Of a stretch of 64,000 nt of DNA, positions 19,914-29,596 are shown one piece after another (the stretch's first letter is position 1; each line of letters starts with the position of its first letter). The notes below the pieces were generated by a model. That model saw only the letters and a program-made list of their open reading frames with translations. It was not told the DNA's origin and made no database searches. The position numbers and the translations under genes were made by a program. Origin of the DNA: a virus (lineage: Duplodnaviria; Heunggongvirae; Uroviricota; Caudoviricetes); IMG/VR virus record IMGVR_UViG_3300037424_001372, positions 204,837 through 268,836 of that record; one strand, 5' to 3'.

Positions 19914-20438
19914 ATGGAAAAATTAGAACAATTAAAGAAAGAAATGTTGGATGCCAAAGAAGCATATGATACATTTAAAACGAACAATTCAAGAGTATTA
20001 ACAGAAGAAGAAAGTAATGAACTACAGTTTCCAATATTTGGAATGGGCGTTGAGCAATCTGAAACACGAATGTTCGAACTTATAAAAGAAAATTTTGATG
20101 AAATGAGAAGGCTTGGACAAAATATGAAAGACACACATTCTGTATATGTAAAAAAATATATGAACAACACAAAACAAAAAGAACGACTTGGTTTTATAAA
20201 GGTCGCAAATGACCTAAATCAAGAAATGTGTGAAAAACATGGAGAAACCGAAGATAAATTTTATTATTCAACGGATGGGCATATAGATATTTTCGGATTT
20301 GGTGATAAAATGCTTTGGAATTCTGAAATGGATGACAGAATATTTATCGAAGAGAAAAACGATTATGAAGATTTTAAGCCATTTATTATACAAGTATTTA
20401 ACAATTGGATTGAATCGCTGAATGAGCTGTCATTATAA
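19914..20438 (+). CDS. hypothetical protein
   Basis: 174-aa ORF with a TATTTTTG motif about 30 nt upstream. Confidence 0.5.
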   Translation: MEKLEQLKKEMLDAKEAYDTFKTNNSRVLTEEESNELQFPIFGMGVEQSETRMFELIKENFDEMRRLGQNMKDTHSVYVKKYMNNTKQKERLGFIKVANDLNQEMCEKHGETEDKFYYSTDGHIDIFGFGDKMLWNSEMDDRIFIEEKNDYEDFKPFIIQVFNNWIESLNELSL

Positions 20439-20750
20439 TTGGCACTAACTGTTACAGATATATGTAATTTTTTCTTAAATTGAAATAATAAACAAATAAA
20501 TGAAAACAAAATTCAAATCAAAAATACTTGATGAATATCAAAAATTCTGTGCGTATTTTAAATCAGAAAATTGCGATTCTTTGTGAATAGAAGCAATTGA
20601 ATTATTTGAATGGATTAGAACTTTTAAATCACTTGAAAAGAAACAAAATTATTAGAAATTGGGTCGTCAAATTTCAAGTGAACAATTATGTGAAGGATAT
20701 TCGAATGATAGGGAACGCTGGAGAAGCATACATAAATAAAAAATAACGAT

Positions 20751-21308
20751 ATGAAAGAATTAATGAAAAATAATGAAGATATTGATAAACTAATCAATAA
20801 ATTAGCAAAATATGGTTATGATATGTTTGTTAAAGATAATACGATAACTATTTTATGTGATGGTTATGTTAAAACAACACCATTGGATAATACACTTAAT
20901 TTGTTATACGATGAATTAATGCCAATGACAATAAAAGAAGTTGCGTCATTATTAATAGACCAACATAAGACAAGACGAGATATTGATGAAGGTAAATATG
21001 ATAATTTAGAATCAATGACATCTGAAGAAACACATGATAAATTATCTGAAATTTTTGAAAAAGTAAAAACGAATAATACAACAAAAAAATTATATATTTA
21101 TAGAGAATGGTGTAATTACCATGTTGGTTTTTATGATGATAAAATATGTGTTGCATCAAATATTGATGAAGCATGTAAAATTATTTCTAAAAATATGGAT
21201 GCTAAATTTGTAAATATTAATAATGGATTAGCGACAATAAAAAGTGAAATAAATGAATTTGATTTAGATATTGGAATTAAGAAATTTTGTAACAAAAATG
21301 ATGATTAG
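20751..21308 (+). CDS. hypothetical protein
   Basis: 185-aa ORF. Confidence 0.5.
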   Translation: MKELMKNNEDIDKLINKLAKYGYDMFVKDNTITILCDGYVKTTPLDNTLNLLYDELMPMTIKEVASLLIDQHKTRRDIDEGKYDNLESMTSEETHDKLSEIFEKVKTNNTTKKLYIYREWCNYHVGFYDDKICVASNIDEACKIISKNMDAKFVNINNGLATIKSEINEFDLDIGIKKFCNKNDD

Positions 21309-21470
21309 AACGTATAAAGTAGCATTGTGTATAACGCTAAGTGTAGCATATCGTTGTGGATTTTGAAACACTTAGCTGTTAATTAGTAGCACAAATAATA
21401 ATTAACCCGCCTAACCGGCAATGGATGTTAACACATTGTTAGGGGCCGGCATTTTAAAAACTATGAAAAA

Positions 21471-21740
21471 ATGAATGAATGTGTTAAAGAAAGCCGTCCA
21501 GAATTTGTTGTATTATTGGAGGCATTAAATGAACAGTTGGTTTATATGGATGAAAACTCAAGTATTATTTTTGACAAATTAAACACAATTAAAGATGTTC
21601 GAGAGCTTGAAAATGAAGAATTAAATGATCCAAATTCGGGAGGTGTATTGAATGAGCTTTGGTTGTGTGTGAGTAAGATGAAAAGATATAATTCAACTCT
21701 AAATCAAAGCAAGAAAGCACTTGTTAGATTTTTTGGGTAA
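21471..21740 (+). CDS. hypothetical protein
   Basis: 89-aa ORF followed by hairpins. Confidence 0.4.
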   Translation: MNECVKESRPEFVVLLEALNEQLVYMDENSSIIFDKLNTIKDVRELENEELNDPNSGGVLNELWLCVSKMKRYNSTLNQSKKALVRFFG

Positions 21741-22264
21741 ATTTCATCAGGGCAGGCTGTTCCTATGCTTGCCCCTAACGGTTGCAAATAAAACATCGTT
21801 TTAATGTGTTTTATTTGTTGTTATAGTTGAATTATTGTTTCACAAATTAAAAATAAGAATATGAAAAAAGAAGTTAAATATTTAGGAATTGTTGTTGGTT
21901 ACACATATGATGGACAAATAATAGAGCTTCTTGATAATAAAGAAGCGCAATAAATAAAAGACGATTTAATGAAAGGACACACAATTGGAATCTCATCAAG
22001 ACGAATGGGAACTGTTGATGAGAATGGTAAAGTTAATTATGAAGAGATTACTGAGTATGGTATAATAAATCGTCTTGATCAATTAAAAGATTCGAAACAA
22101 TAATTTAATTAACTATAATGTTAAATGTATGAAATGTAGGTGAATAGGAACTACTGCCTTATCAACCTACAAAAAACTAATAGAAAGTATAAAAGTATAA
22201 ACCTGCACTGAACCGTCCATATTTTATACATATTGTGGCGTATGTGCTTTAATATCTTAAAATT

Positions 22265-22495
22265 ATGTCAGAATTAAGTTGTGAACCACAAGGCTATAAA
22301 AAGCCAGTAATGTCAATCGGTGACGAATTTGTTGTATGGGCAGAACAATATTGGAGAATAGATGAATTATTTGACAATACTGTTAAAGACCCTGCTGAAA
22401 AGGGTGACGAAAAATGCCCATATAGTGCAGTAAAACCAATCTTCATAAAAAAAATAAATGATTTAATTGAAGAAAGAGTTCGACATTATATGTAG
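22265..22495 (+). CDS. hypothetical protein
   Basis: 76-aa ORF. Confidence 0.4.
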   Translation: MSELSCEPQGYKKPVMSIGDEFVVWAEQYWRIDELFDNTVKDPAEKGDEKCPYSAVKPIFIKKINDLIEERVRHYM

Positions 22496-22612
22496 GATGT
22501 TTCTTGCATTACGCCTAACGTTGAGCGTATGTGTAGTGCAACCTTACACATACTTTCAATTTACAACTAACTTATTGGTTGCATTACATATTCGCATTGT
22601 TATAGTGCGTTA

Positions 22613-22831
22613 ATGCTTAAAGCTATGTTAAGAATTTTAAATGACAAATATTCAGATTGCCAACCAGTAATGCCAAAATATAATGCTTTATGCGTGTTTG
22701 ATATTGAGGCAGCTAAATTAGCATTTAATTACTGTGCAGTTGACTTTGTGATAATACTGAATGAAAATACTGGTAAATTCACAAAATGCTTTAGTGTGAA
22801 GGATGTTGAGGACTTCCTTAATGCACTATAA
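22613..22831 (+). CDS. hypothetical protein
   Basis: 72-aa ORF. Confidence 0.35.
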   Translation: MLKAMLRILNDKYSDCQPVMPKYNALCVFDIEAAKLAFNYCAVDFVIILNENTGKFTKCFSVKDVEDFLNAL

Positions 22832-22868
22832 CTATTATATATCAACAATGTCACTCAACTAATTTATT

Positions 22869-23087
22869 ATGAGAAATAAATTTGAATCAAGTTTAGGAAA
22901 ATTAAAAAATTGTCTTAAATTTGTATGCAATATATTTGGTGAAAGTAGTTTTTCTTGTGATTGTGGTGATATTGAGTGTAAAAGAGCATTTAAATCAACA
23001 AATGAAGGAAAATTATATGTCATTAATCATTTCACATGTGGAAAAGTAAAAAAAATAATTAATGATTATAAGGATGTTAAGTTCTAA
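22869..23087 (+). CDS. hypothetical Cys-rich protein
   Basis: 72-aa ORF. Confidence 0.35.
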   Translation: MRNKFESSLGKLKNCLKFVCNIFGESSFSCDCGDIECKRAFKSTNEGKLYVINHFTCGKVKKIINDYKDVKF

Positions 23088-23148
23088 ATCATATGTTATT
23101 GTAGATATGATCAGTGATAATTAAAATTAATTTATAAGAAAAATTAAT

Positions 23149-23337
23149 ATGAAAACTCAAAAAGATTTTGTGAAAGCATGGGCTAAAATGGAATTAAATT
23201 CTTCTTATGGTTTCCCACCAGTATCAGTTATATCAACAATGTATGATGAAAATAAGGTACCTCAAATTACGGAAGAAGGTAAAAATAGATTATGGATAAT
23301 TCAAGAAATGCTAAAAACTGTTTTATATTTGTCATAA
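23149..23337 (+). CDS. hypothetical protein
   Basis: 62-aa ORF. Confidence 0.3.
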   Translation: MKTQKDFVKAWAKMELNSSYGFPPVSVISTMYDENKVPQITEEGKNRLWIIQEMLKTVLYLS

Positions 23338-23696
23338 CAATGAAAAATGATAAGATTATTTTGAATTAATTTTAATTGAAGGATTGAATAAAAAACAAAT
23401 TTGGAAGATTTAAAATCGATAGGAACATTAATTAATATTTAAAAATTATGATTAAGCTTATTAAAAAACTATTTAAAATGTGGCGAGATTGGGAATTTGA
23501 AGAAGTTATAATTGCTTTTAATTCTAACATTATTGTAACAAATAATATTACAATAGAATTTTTTATAATAATTTTTTTAATAATTTTTTTAATAATATTT
23601 TCTATAATTGTGGATTAATTATGATTGTCATATATTAGATTAGTTTAGCAATAAATCCAATAAAACATATGAAAGTAAAAATTTTAAAATTGGTAA

Positions 23697-23963
23697 ATGA
23701 TAACTAAAACCGAACCATTTTTACATCGTGTTGACAATTGCGTGTTATATCATGGTTCTCAGATTAAAATTAAGGATATCGGCATGGCTGCTGGAACCTA
23801 TTTTACTGAAGATATTGATATTGCAAAAGATTATGGTCGATTTGTTTATTCGATTCAATTGGATGATAAATTGAAAAAATATTTCCATTTAGATATTTTA
23901 GGTGAACATTTTATTAGCAATACTTTAATTCCATTATATCTTTTTGAGTTAAATGATTATTAA
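23697..23963 (+). CDS. hypothetical protein
   Basis: 88-aa ORF. Confidence 0.4.
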   Translation: MITKTEPFLHRVDNCVLYHGSQIKIKDIGMAAGTYFTEDIDIAKDYGRFVYSIQLDDKLKKYFHLDILGEHFISNTLIPLYLFELNDY

Positions 23964-24011
23964 AGCGTTGAAATAATGTATGCATATTATTAATTTAAAA
24001 CAAAAGTAAAT

Positions 24012-24260
24012 ATGAAAAATAAAACATCATTTTTAGTAAGAACTTATGCCTTATTATGTATAATGTTTTTTACAGGCTGCAAAACTGCCCACATAAATCA
24101 AAAAGGATTCGTTGTAATAAGTATTCATGCCGACAACTCATTAAAGGACATGTGTGTATATAGTGCGGCTAATTATAATATAAATCCATCGATAAGGATG
24201 ATTGATAGTTGTGGGAAATTTGAAATTGGAGATACGCTGTGGATAAGTAAAAAACATTAA
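24012..24260 (+). CDS. small lipoprotein (lipobox FFTGC)
   Basis: N-terminus MKNKTSFLVRTYALLCIMFFTGCKT. Confidence 0.45.
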   Translation: MKNKTSFLVRTYALLCIMFFTGCKTAHINQKGFVVISIHADNSLKDMCVYSAANYNINPSIRMIDSCGKFEIGDTLWISKKH

Positions 24261-24342
24261 GTATGGCATTTGTAATATGAATTAAAATTAGTGTAACAAA
24301 TTTTGAAATTAAACGTATAGATAAATAGAAAGCACAGTAAAT

Positions 24343-24648
24343 TTGAATCTTAAAATTATGACATTAGAAGAATTAAAACAAACAGATTGGTATAATGAAC
24401 GTCCAGAAATAATTCAACAGGCAATTTGCAAACTACCACCAACACGACTTTATAAGTTTAAAGATAGTGGTAAACAATGTCAAATTTGTTCATTTGAAGA
24501 ACCTGAAAGCGGTAAACTAGAAGACGTTACATGCAGTGTTCGAAAAACTGGGATTGGAGGGGCTATGGCAGATATGGGATTGGATTCATTAAACACAAAC
24601 AATGTATTTGATGTTAAATTAGATGACTTGGAACCGTGGGTTGATTAG
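24343..24648 (+). CDS. hypothetical protein
   Basis: 101-aa ORF. Confidence 0.4.
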   Translation: MNLKIMTLEELKQTDWYNERPEIIQQAICKLPPTRLYKFKDSGKQCQICSFEEPESGKLEDVTCSVRKTGIGGAMADMGLDSLNTNNVFDVKLDDLEPWVD

Positions 24649-24978
24649 TGTTGTACCTAATCGTGAAATTATTTATAATTAAAACATTTGATTTGGAAAA
24701 TAAATTAAGCAAGATGAAACCTGAAAATATTTTTTTCCTCGCTCTTGGGATTGCTGTTTCATTAGGTTTAATCATACCATTAGCCGCATTAATTCTATTC
24801 AGTTACTTATGAAAAATGATATGTTTACAAAGGAAAAATATATGTCCTTTTTAAGAAACGAAAATGAAAATTAATGATAAATGAATTGATTACGTTATTT
24901 ATCAAACATTATATGACAATCTTGATGGTGAGTTTTGGATTATGTATTCCGAAGAATTTTTTAAATTATTCGGTGATA

Positions 24979-25302
24979 TTAATATTCACCAACACCCCAA
25001 TAGTCTCTAATTATTGATATATAATTTTGTGTTGCTGAACGTAATTTTGTTAAACTAGGTGGTATTGGTTGATTATTATTTTTATAATTATACATATCAT
25101 TTTCTAAATAATCTACGAGTTGATGTAACTGAGATAAAAAATCGTCCACAATTTCATTTTGAGAATAACGGTCATGAGCCGTAGACATTTTATCTGAAAA
25201 AGTAGCAGTTGGGTTAAATTCATTTTCATTCAATGGCATACCACCTACTTTATGCATCATTTCAAAAAGATTTTGCTTATTTAGTTTATTAACTTTTTTC
25301 AT
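24979..25302 (-). CDS. hypothetical protein (lone minus-strand gene within a + block)
   Basis: 107-aa ORF. Confidence 0.4.
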   Translation of the reverse strand: MKKVNKLNKQNLFEMMHKVGGMPLNENEFNPTATFSDKMSTAHDRYSQNEIVDDFLSQLHQLVDYLENDMYNYKNNNQPIPPSLTKLRSATQNYISIIRDYWGVGEY

Positions 25303-25443
25303 AAAAATTTAAAATTTAATTATAAATACTGTAACAATTATAAATATTGTTCGTAATATTATAAAAAAAATTGTATGAAAACTAATAAAAATATTAACGA
25401 ATCCCCCTCAAAAGATTTGATTATCGTGAGGGGGATTCCGTAA

Positions 25444-25803
25444 GTGCCGGGGGCAGGTAAATCGACTTTTGCATCATTGTTAGGTAGGGCAATTTGTTCT
25501 GCTGATGATTATCACATTAAGGACGGAAAATATACTTGGAAAGCCGAAAAGGTTGAAAATGCACATGAATGGTGTCAACGTAAGTGTAGATTATTCATGA
25601 AGAAACAAATTGACCGTATTGTGATAGCAAATACAAGCACAACCGAAAGAGAATTAAAACCTTATTATGACTTAGCTAGACAATTTAATTATAGAGTATT
25701 TAGCGTTATAGTCGAGAATCGAGCACTCACTAAAAACATTCACAATGTTCCTAACGAGACTATAGAAAAAATGAAAGATAGGTTCGACATCCGACTTATG
25801 TGA
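25444..25803 (+). CDS. P-loop kinase (AAA_33/polynucleotide-kinase-like)
   Basis: Walker A VPGAGKST at a GTG start. The N-terminal segment MKTNKNINESPSKDLIIVRGIP is encoded upstream (25377..25443) and separated by an in-frame TAA. Confidence 0.55.
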   Translation: MPGAGKSTFASLLGRAICSADDYHIKDGKYTWKAEKVENAHEWCQRKCRLFMKKQIDRIVIANTSTTERELKPYYDLARQFNYRVFSVIVENRALTKNIHNVPNETIEKMKDRFDIRLM

Positions 25804-25839
25804 AATTTTATATTTGTAAAAGAATTATTATATATTAAT

Positions 25840-26403
25840 ATGAATGAGATAAATATTAAACAAATCATAAAACCAGAAAACGGCATCGAAGAAGCAATAA
25901 TCTCCGATGTTGAATTCATTTCAGGCGTTAATTATGGTAAGCCACGTCCGGGACATAAAGAGGGCAAGGTAATTTATCATATTAAAGAAGTATTAGATAA
26001 TATCGATAAGTTTTATGGTGATGATGAAGACCGTTCAAACTTACGATTAATTGCAATCTTACATGATACCTTTAAAAATAAGGTTAATCAAAATCTACCA
26101 AAATCAGGCAATAATCATCATGGCCATATTGCTCGAAGATTTGCTAAGAACTATATTTTAAACAATAATACCGTTTTAAATATAATTGAACATCATGATG
26201 ATGCATATAATGCTTGGTGTAAAGGTGATAGGCATGATAATTGGTTTGATGCAGGAAAACGTGCAAACACATTGATTCGTGGACTTCTTATTGAAGGAGA
26301 TTTGGATTTATATGTTAAATTTTATCGTTGTGATAATGCAACCGGTGATAAGAAACCGGATAGTTACAATTGGTTTAATTGGTTTGTTGAATTAATAAAA
26401 TAA
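25840..26403 (+). CDS. HD-domain phosphohydrolase
   Basis: LRLIAILHDTFK HD motif plus downstream His/Asp residues. Confidence 0.5.
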   Translation: MNEINIKQIIKPENGIEEAIISDVEFISGVNYGKPRPGHKEGKVIYHIKEVLDNIDKFYGDDEDRSNLRLIAILHDTFKNKVNQNLPKSGNNHHGHIARRFAKNYILNNNTVLNIIEHHDDAYNAWCKGDRHDNWFDAGKRANTLIRGLLIEGDLDLYVKFYRCDNATGDKKPDSYNWFNWFVELIK

Positions 26404-26556
26404 ATATTATGTGGTGGTTAGTTGGATTTATATTTTTTATTGGATTTTGTTTTGGAAATTTATTTCAAATAATAATTAGGAAGAAATAGTTGCTTCACAA
26501 CACAGTATTTGTAATATTAATCATTTTTCTTCGTAATTTTAATAAAATTCTAATCA

Positions 26557-26690
26557 TGAAAAAAATTAAATATATTAAAAATATTAAAACAATTCTATGG
26601 CATATTTTTCCTCTTAGTATATTAATTACAATACTATTGATTGGTTTAACTATGGCTGGACTTTCATTAATTAATTTTTTAATGAAATAG
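26557..26690 (+). CDS. small membrane protein
   Basis: MKKIKYIK... followed by a TM helix. The track ORF 26490..26690 begins at a non-ATG codon. Confidence 0.3.
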
Positions 26691-26755
26691 TTGTTTATTA
26701 AAAATGCCCGATACTCCAGATAATATATTTAATTACCATTAAATTTGGAAATAAT

Positions 26756-27031
26756 ATGTTACTACATCTATTGCTTACTCAGGAATTAAAAAATTCAATT
26801 CCCAATACAGTTAAAATAACACGAAATTTTGGAAATATTGAGGTTATATTTCCTAATGATTATGGTGAAGAAGGTCATTTATTTGGCGATAATGTTTTTG
26901 TTGAAGCCGAAATAAATGAAATGATTATGTGGTTAAAACCTTTTAATGATAATCATGGTATTGTTGTTGGTTATGGGGCACCACAAATGGAACAGTTTAG
27001 AATTATGTATATTAAAAACGAATTATTATAA
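26756..27031 (+). CDS. hypothetical protein
   Basis: 91-aa ORF. Confidence 0.4.
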   Translation: MLLHLLLTQELKNSIPNTVKITRNFGNIEVIFPNDYGEEGHLFGDNVFVEAEINEMIMWLKPFNDNHGIVVGYGAPQMEQFRIMYIKNELL

Positions 27032-27045
27032 AATTTTAAAGATAA

Positions 27046-27341
27046 TGGCAATAAGTCGGGTAAAAATATTTGGATATGATTTCACATTTGTTTTTCGACA
27101 TAGATATGAAAAGAATGATGAATCATTAAAACTCATCGATAGATTTTCCATATGGAAAGATTGGAAATTGGGATTTTTTTTCAGACGATATAAGGTTGTC
27201 GGTAGAAAAAATTTTAACAAGCCAAAGGAATGGAATAATAATTTAGTATACGAATATATGATAGGCATCGATTTACTTATATGTAAAACATGGTTTACTG
27301 TTTCAAAAGGTGCAATGGATTCAGAAATTAAAGATAATTAA
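27046..27341 (+). CDS. hypothetical protein
   Basis: ATG-initiated part of track ORF 26946..27341, chosen to avoid overlap with the preceding ORF. Confidence 0.3.
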
Positions 27342-27424
27342 TTACTAAAGAATATAATGTGTTACGGTGTAAAATGTAGTTGGAAAAACCATGACACCGA
27401 TTATCAATTTCCGACATTAAAAAT

Positions 27425-27829
27425 TTGATATTGTATCAATTAACCACAAATAAATTTAGTATGAAAAAAATATTTTCATTTCATAATAATAACAATAAGA
27501 CTTATGATCATATGAATATAAAACCTATTAAACCTGATGAAATGCGGGATAGAAAAAATCAAACAATTCCAAATGAATTGATCCAGTCCATTAATGAATT
27601 ACTTGTGAAAAATTGGGGTGGTAGTAGAGCAGTTTTTAAACAAAGTGATATTATTGATAAATATAATGAATTATGTGACAAGACTCAACCATTATGCTCA
27701 ATATTATTGTCGGATGTTAAAGATGTTTATCGCCAATTGGGATGGATCGTTGACAATCATCTTGATATTGGATGTGATTATGATGAAACTTTTGAAGAAT
27801 ATGTTATTTTCAGTAAAAAAACGAAATAA
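27425..27829 (+). CDS. hypothetical protein
   Basis: 134-aa ORF. Confidence 0.45.
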   Translation: MILYQLTTNKFSMKKIFSFHNNNNKTYDHMNIKPIKPDEMRDRKNQTIPNELIQSINELLVKNWGGSRAVFKQSDIIDKYNELCDKTQPLCSILLSDVKDVYRQLGWIVDNHLDIGCDYDETFEEYVIFSKKTK

Positions 27830-27945
27830 AACATTAGGTTAATTGAAAAATTAATAATATGTTTACAACACTAATTAAACATTAACATTGGTTTTGACTT
27901 TGACCACATATCTTATCATTAGGTGACTTTTTTATATAGGTTATT

Positions 27946-28266
27946 ATGAAAATTTATAATAAATTAAAAAAAATTGCTGTTCATGATGATGTAACCCCTG
28001 AAAGGTTGTTATGTAAATCGACTGAAGAACTTGGCGAATTAGCCGAAGCAATTAATTGGTTTAATAATTATAAAAAAACCGATAAATCACATGATGAAAT
28101 AATTAAAGCATGTCTTGAAGAAGGTGTTGATGTTATGATTTGTGTGATGACAATTTTTGAAAAATTAGGAATTGACGATAATGATATAAATAAAATGTTT
28201 GATAAAAAACTTTTAAAGTATCAAAATAAATTGAAAAAAAATAATAAAATAAAAATTATTATTTGA
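27946..28266 (+). CDS. MazG-like nucleotide pyrophosphohydrolase
   Basis: STEELGELAEAI and EEGVDVMICVMTIFEKLGID match the all-alpha NTP-PPase motifs. Confidence 0.5.
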   Translation: MKIYNKLKKIAVHDDVTPERLLCKSTEELGELAEAINWFNNYKKTDKSHDEIIKACLEEGVDVMICVMTIFEKLGIDDNDINKMFDKKLLKYQNKLKKNNKIKIII

Positions 28267-28285
28267 AAAATGTATAAATATTAAC

Positions 28286-28888
28286 ATGAATAAATTATTA
28301 TTAAAAGAAAACTTTAGTTCAGAGAACTTATGGAAAAAAGTAAATATGTTAACCGAAGAACAGTTAAATAAAATATCTACTGGTTTGGATTGGACTGTAT
28401 CAAATATACCATCTGCTGTTCTTGTGGGTGGAACTGCTGTGATTCATTATATCACTGGTGCGAGAGATTTAACACCAGATTTAGATTTTTTGGTTAAAGA
28501 TATTGATATCGTTAAAAGTAAATTGTCATATGATAACTTACGATTCGGTGAATTAAACCCCGGGTATCACGAACCAATCGGCATTACTGCAGATGATTTA
28601 AATACTGATTATCTTGATCCTGAAGCGGTTAATCCTACATTAAATCGACTTATTTTGCAAACATCGATTAAAGGTGTTGTAGGTGGTCATGGTGTTAATA
28701 TAATCAATCCAGAATTATTGGCAATTCAAAAAATTGATTTGAGTAGGGAAAAAGATGTTAATGATGGATTTAAATTACTTTCCTCAGGAAAAGTTAATCG
28801 AGCTAAGTATGTTTCATATTTGAATCAACTTAAATCATCTTTAAATGATTATGATGGATTGATTTCATATAAAAATTTTATACCATGA
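28286..28888 (+). CDS. nucleotidyltransferase-fold protein (AbiEii/DUF1814-like)
   Basis: VGGTAVIHYITGARDLTPDLDFLV fits the hG[GS]-x(9-13)-DhD NTase motif. Confidence 0.35.
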   Translation: MNKLLLKENFSSENLWKKVNMLTEEQLNKISTGLDWTVSNIPSAVLVGGTAVIHYITGARDLTPDLDFLVKDIDIVKSKLSYDNLRFGELNPGYHEPIGITADDLNTDYLDPEAVNPTLNRLILQTSIKGVVGGHGVNIINPELLAIQKIDLSREKDVNDGFKLLSSGKVNRAKYVSYLNQLKSSLNDYDGLISYKNFIP

Positions 28889-29418
28889 GGATAATTAAAT
28901 ATTCTAAAACAACAACTATTGTTGTCGTTACAAAAAACATCGAATCATTTAGAAAATGGTTGGTAGAAAATGAAAGAATATATGAACATAAACCTTCATT
29001 AATACGTAAAAATACAATAAGAGATTATATATATAAAAATAATAGATATGTTTGTATAACACACCCAAACCACTGTCGTGGTATTAGGGCTCATAAAATT
29101 ATTGATTTATTTGATGCCCATGATAATAAATATTATAATGAAATTCATTATATATTGGAACCTGCAATGGTGATGAAAAAAACAATTATTTTAATGTTGT
29201 TAAATTTTATTTCTAAATATATGAAAAACAAATATGTTTTATTTGCCCTAATACCTTTGGTCAGTCTTATTGAATTGCAATGGTTTTCATACATGGCCGA
29301 ATTAGCAAGACAACCTTCGGATATCGCAGTTTTAGTGGGAATTGTTCTATTATGCTTACTTTTAGCAGGTAATTATTTCTTAATAAAAATTTTAATTTCA
29401 AAATTTAAAACAAAATGA
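28885..29418 (+). CDS. membrane protein
   Basis: 177 aa with C-terminal TM helices. ATGA start/stop overlaps with both neighbours. Confidence 0.45.
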   Translation: MRIIKYSKTTTIVVVTKNIESFRKWLVENERIYEHKPSLIRKNTIRDYIYKNNRYVCITHPNHCRGIRAHKIIDLFDAHDNKYYNEIHYILEPAMVMKKTIILMLLNFISKYMKNKYVLFALIPLVSLIELQWFSYMAELARQPSDIAVLVGIVLLCLLLAGNYFLIKILISKFKTK

Positions 29419-29596
29419 AAAAAACAATTATTTTAATGTTTATGACTGCGATTTTAGCAGTTTCTTGTACTCGAATTGATGCTGGTTATGAAGGATGGAA
29501 CAGATAAAGGCGTACAAGATGCTACTATGGTAACTGGTAGAGTTTGGTACAACCGTTCAAAAAATCCTACTAAATCTTACCAGATTCAATATTGAT
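29415..29596 (+). pseudogene. SPFH/band-7 lipoprotein gene, 5' fragment interrupted by IS element B1
   Basis: MKKTIILMFMTAILAVSCTRIDAGYEGWNR* then, after a frameshift, DGTDKGVQDATMVTGRVWYN..., ending exactly at the IS boundary. Confidence 0.4.

Noticed and set aside
18659-20586. Stop-codon recoding (TGA read as sense), suggested by in-frame TGAs inside otherwise sensible ORFs and two TGA stops followed immediately by in-frame TAA
   Set aside because: TGA is used as the terminal stop in several well-formed genes, with ATGA start/stop overlaps (for example 28886 and 29416) that require TGA to terminate. The interrupted ORFs are better explained as pseudogenes or sequence errors.
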